Source of the DNA: a virus | Length of the DNA: 47,484 bases | IMG/VR virus record: IMGVR_UViG_3300033998_000398 | Coordinates: 1-47,484 of that record | Strand: one strand, 5' to 3' | Shown here: positions 44,435 to 47,484 of the stretch, piece after piece | How the letters are laid out: every line of letters begins with the position of its first letter | Position numbering within the stretch: position 1 is the stretch's first letter | Program-made: the position numbers and the translations under genes | Notes under the pieces: generated by a model | The model's database searches: none | What the model saw: the letters and a program-made list of their open reading frames with translations, nothing else | What the model was told of the DNA's origin: nothing

Positions 44435-44765
44435 CATCCAACACCTTTATGAATTTTGGGTCTACCATGAAATAAATACCGTAACTCATGGTGTAATAGG
44501 CTAAACCAATAATTTTACCATCATTCACCAATTCACCCCATAGGAAATCTTTTATCCTGTCAAGGTGGTCTGGTGAGAATTCATCATCGCTTATCACTCT
44601 ATCACATTCAGGTGAAATCATGTAAAAGAATTCACTGAGTGTAAAAGATTCCTTTAAGACATCCTCTATCCTCTTAAGTTTATCCTGTGTTAAATAAAAG
44701 TTGATGTCAGGGTAATCATAGAATCTGATTAGCCCTGATGGTAAAACCTCAGTTTTCCATTTCAT
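44421..44765 (-). CDS. Acidic hypothetical early protein
   Basis: First gene after the 44792-44829 promoter; RBS GGAGGT. Confidence 0.75.
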   Translation of the reverse strand: MKWKTEVLPSGLIRFYDYPDINFYLTQDKLKRIEDVLKESFTLSEFFYMISPECDRVISDDEFSPDHLDRIKDFLWGELVNDGKIIGLAYYTMSYGIYFMVDPKFIKVLDDEMG

Positions 44766-44791
44766 ACTAATATACCTCCTTCACTATAAGG

Positions 44792-44829
44792 TGAAAAAAT
44801 TCAAAACACTCATATATACCTTACGGTTC
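44792..44829 (-). promoter_or_regulatory. Promoter ACCGTAAGG-TATATATG with TGAATTTTTTCA box
   Basis: Near-identical to the 45826-45863 copy. Confidence 0.8.
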
Positions 44830-45291
44830 CTCACTATTAACATCGTAATCCAGGTAATAACCCATCAATTCAATGGCTTCAGCACCCAGATTCACATAAT
44901 ACTCATCACCATCCTTATCCAGTTTAAGATGATACTCCACCATCTGGATACCATACCTAAACAGTAACCCATCCTCAACTACATTATAACCAAACTCACC
45001 CTTCAAACCAAAATCATCCTTATAATAATCTAATAGGAAAAGGAGTTCATCCCCTATCTCATTACGACTACTAAAGGATTGAATATAACACAAACTCATG
45101 AAATCAAGATATGTATCAAAATCCTTTTCATATTCCCCAGAAATATCCACATTATGGAGGAATGTGATTTCCTCAGTATTCAGGTCTGGGAAATCCTCTA
45201 TAATATCCAGCATATACTCCTTATCCTCAAGATTATTTATCCCCTTACTGGCTTTACACAGTAGCACTTTAAAAAAAGTGTATGGATTCAT
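44821..45291 (-). CDS. Highly acidic hypothetical early protein
   Basis: Start at MNPYTFF with GGTGAG RBS (the ORF-track start at 45363 overlaps the upstream gene). Confidence 0.7.
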   Translation of the reverse strand: MNPYTFFKVLLCKASKGINNLEDKEYMLDIIEDFPDLNTEEITFLHNVDISGEYEKDFDTYLDFMSLCYIQSFSSRNEIGDELLFLLDYYKDDFGLKGEFGYNVVEDGLLFRYGIQMVEYHLKLDKDGDEYYVNLGAEAIELMGYYLDYDVNSEEP

Positions 45292-45295
45292 ATAC

Positions 45296-45799
45296 TCACC
45301 CCTTTTCAAGTTTGAACCATTCAGTTTCATTGAATGGTACAGCAACACAATCAACGATTTCATTATTTATATCTGTGAAGAAAACCACTCCAGCATATTC
45401 AGCCGTATCCAAATTCACTTCAAGGAGACCTAAATCATCTAAATCATCTCCAGCATACCATTCACAATCACAAACCTTATTCTCTCTCACAAACTCTATT
45501 ATACTTTTAAAGAGGCTTGCTGGTGCCCCAACACTCCATTTTTTATTGTCATATACAGTGAGAGTGTTCATGAATAACATTCCAAGTCTCTCTTTATCCT
45601 CATCCTTAACAAAGAATGAGGTTTCAGCGTAATCCTCATTATCTATATCGCTCCACCCTTCAAACTTATAATTATACCTCCTTATCCTAACTACCCAGTC
45701 AAAATTCTTCATCCTGGGTGCAGGTATAAATTCCATTTCAAGTCCGTACTGCAGGTACCCATCTATACTATAAATCATATCCAGTTTTTCTTCAACCAT
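45296..45799 (-). CDS. Acidic hypothetical early protein
   Basis: First gene after the 45826-45863 promoter; RBS GGAGGT. Confidence 0.75.
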   Translation of the reverse strand: MVEEKLDMIYSIDGYLQYGLEMEFIPAPRMKNFDWVVRIRRYNYKFEGWSDIDNEDYAETSFFVKDEDKERLGMLFMNTLTVYDNKKWSVGAPASLFKSIIEFVRENKVCDCEWYAGDDLDDLGLLEVNLDTAEYAGVVFFTDINNEIVDCVAVPFNETEWFKLEKG

Positions 45800-45825
45800 A
45801 ACATATACCTCCCTACACTAAAAGA

Positions 45826-45863
45826 TGAAAAAGTTCAAAACACCCATATATAAACCTTACGGT
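45826..45863 (-). promoter_or_regulatory. Promoter ACCGTAAGG-TTTATATATG with TGAACTTTTTCA box
   Basis: Conserved motif family. Confidence 0.8.
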
Positions 45864-46391
45864 ACACCAGACACAACACCAAAACACCACAAAACCCACC
45901 CAGAAACACCACCACATATACACCAAACCAACACCAAAACACACACAAAACAACAAAACAAAACCAACAAATAAAAAAAACAAGAAAAACCATAAAAACA
46001 GGAGAAAAAAGAGGAAAAAAGAGGAAAAAGGGAAAAAAGGAATAATGTGTACAGACTTGGTTGGGTCTGGACGCAAGGGGTCCCACTTGGGATTTTTTTA
46101 GTGGTGGTGGGGTATATTGGCGTTCTGAGGAATATGAGGCGGTTAGACGACTAAATAATCGGTATCGTGTGGTTTTGATATCTTCGTAATGTTCGGTATA
46201 GATATATATAGCGAAGTTAATACTCAAATCTCAAGGCTTATTATCCTTAAAAAAAGCCTCTCCGTGCTTCTTTTTGGCTGAGGAACTCTATCCTTCCTTC
46301 TTCCATTATATCCCTCTTTCCTTATTCTTTTTTCCTTGTATCTTTCTTTTTGTGTTTTTTATTGTGGTGTTTGTTTGGGTGTTGGAACTTA

Positions 46392-46460
46392 TCAGATTCA
46401 TTCCGTGTACCCAGGTTCACTTGAACCGGTACTTTTATATGGGGGTCTTGAACTTTTTCA
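46392..46460 (+). promoter_or_regulatory. 26-bp upstream element + TTTTATAT + TGAACTTTTTCA box
   Basis: 26-mer duplicated at 145-170; box shared with the other early promoters. Confidence 0.75.
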
Positions 46461-46506
46461 CATTAGAGTGAGGGGACACAAGTCCCAACAAGTGAGGTGA
46501 TTAGAA

Positions 46507-46803
46507 ATGGAGATACAAGTATATGAGACTGAGACAGGAAAAGGATGCCACATAGTGGAAATACAGGCAGAGGATAAACATATAATCGTATATCTTGCCT
46601 GCGAAGATGAACTATACGACTTACTACAGAGACTGCCTGATATCTACAGTGTTCTACGTTTCTTAGAGAATCTGGCAGATGACATAATGACTGACATAAA
46701 CTATCATCGTGTTGTTGAATTCATGCGCGAACATAAAAAGACAGCCTGCAGAGTTTTAATTAGAAATCAGGGGTTCTATGCATTAGAACCAATAAACCTA
46801 TAA
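46507..46803 (+). CDS. Hypothetical early protein, paralog of 42604..42960
   Basis: RBS GAGGTG; alignment by eye. Confidence 0.8.
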   Translation: MEIQVYETETGKGCHIVEIQAEDKHIIVYLACEDELYDLLQRLPDIYSVLRFLENLADDIMTDINYHRVVEFMREHKKTACRVLIRNQGFYALEPINL

Positions 46804-46818
46804 TTTTGAGGTGGAATA

Positions 46819-47289
46819 ATGGTTAAAGTATACAACAAAACCCTCAATATAAATGAAGAGAATATAGAGGACTTCATCGACCTTGCTAATGAAATCATAG
46901 ACATAGTAAGCAGCGATGAAGATTACGAAGATGAACAAGTATTCAGTGAGATACCACGTAGTTGTTATCCTATTCCATGTTTAAACAATTATCTGGGTTC
47001 AGATGTGGATATAGGTGGCTTAGAACTGTCATTTTATCTTGAATCCTTGTACGAATACGTTGCAATGGTAGCTGATGAATATATCATGTTTAGTATGGAG
47101 AATCCCTATAAGACCGATTATGAGCTGCTTGATAGCTATAATCGGTTTTTAGCGATAACTGAAGGGGATTATGCCTATGACGCTAATCCCAGGGTGGTGG
47201 AGTATTTTGAGTATATCGGTGTCGGTAGACTTGAGGACAGTGGTGGACTTGAGTTTATTGATATCGATGATTCTCACTTACAAGATTAA
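46819..47289 (+). CDS. Highly acidic early protein
   Basis: RBS GAGGTG; very D/E-rich; followed by a T-rich terminator-like tract. Confidence 0.8.
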   Translation: MVKVYNKTLNINEENIEDFIDLANEIIDIVSSDEDYEDEQVFSEIPRSCYPIPCLNNYLGSDVDIGGLELSFYLESLYEYVAMVADEYIMFSMENPYKTDYELLDSYNRFLAITEGDYAYDANPRVVEYFEYIGVGRLEDSGGLEFIDIDDSHLQD

Positions 47290-47350
47290 CCTTATTCTTT
47301 TTTTATAAATGTCAGTATTACTTAATCTCATTTTTTTATTACGTGTTATG

Positions 47351-47484
47351 GGTGTTGGTGCCTGGTGTTGGTGCCTGGTGTTGGTGCCTGGTGTTGGTGC
47401 CTGGTGTTGGTGCCTGGTGTTGGTGCCTGGTGTTGGTGCCTGGTGTTGGTGCCTGGTGTTGGTGCCTGGTTTTGGTGCCTGGTG
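47351..47484. repeat. Tandem array of 13-mer GGTGTTGGTGCCT (~10 units, one GGTTTT variant), right end
   Basis: Read directly. Confidence 0.97.

Noticed and set aside
5827-46227. Numerous + strand ORFs antisense to the structural/replication genes (e.g. 8826..9134, 15786..16178, 16641..17129, 17739..18275, 27316..27720) and 45813/45835 minus ORFs
   Set aside because: Shadow ORFs favoured by G/T skew and few stops; they fully overlap better-supported genes or low-complexity tracts
1-47484. Integrated provirus / temperate module
   Set aside because: No integrase or att-flanked host genes recognised; the ParB-like gene sits in the packaging block with no ParA partner
1-47484. tRNA/rRNA genes, inteins or introns
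   Set aside because: No cloverleaf or T-loop pattern recognised; TerL, PolB and NrdD are normal or short in length with no intein motifs (a tRNAscan run would be decisive)

Overview
The window is an apparently complete ~47.5 kb genome of a tailed dsDNA archaeal virus (Caudoviricetes, siphovirus-like). The host is inferred to be a pseudomurein-walled methanogen (Methanobacteriales), because the endolysin carries pseudomurein-binding-like repeats and the genes use archaeal BRE/TATA promoters and GGAGGTG ribosome-binding sites. Both ends lie in the same 13-bp tandem array, so the contig is probably a circle opened inside that array. The minus strand carries one long gene run: early acidic proteins, class III RNR, recombination protein, helicase, PolB, dcd/thyA/NMP kinase, holin-like genes, terminase, portal, scaffold, capsid, tail, tape measure, baseplate/adhesin, fibre and endolysin. 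A short plus-strand early arm (46.5 kb, across the junction, to 4.7 kb) looks like an anti-defence island. It holds a Csx16-family ring nuclease with no CRISPR locus (candidate anti-type III CRISPR), an AbrB-like protein, and a two-gene ArcS-like (DUF5591) plus TGT/DpdA-like cassette (candidate 7-deazaguanine/archaeosine modification using host preQ0). These genes sit behind a conserved promoter/operator family. Other notable features are near-total GATC avoidance, a 102-bp-period repeat locus in a 1.1 kb gap, (TTATAAG)n elements ahead of late gene blocks, a probable +1 tail-chaperone frameshift, a peptidase domain on the tape measure protein, a YGKTDS PolB variant and kb-scale flips of G+T/A+C skew. 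No integrase, tRNA, rRNA or CRISPR array was seen. All family calls come from motifs recognised by eye; no database searches were run.
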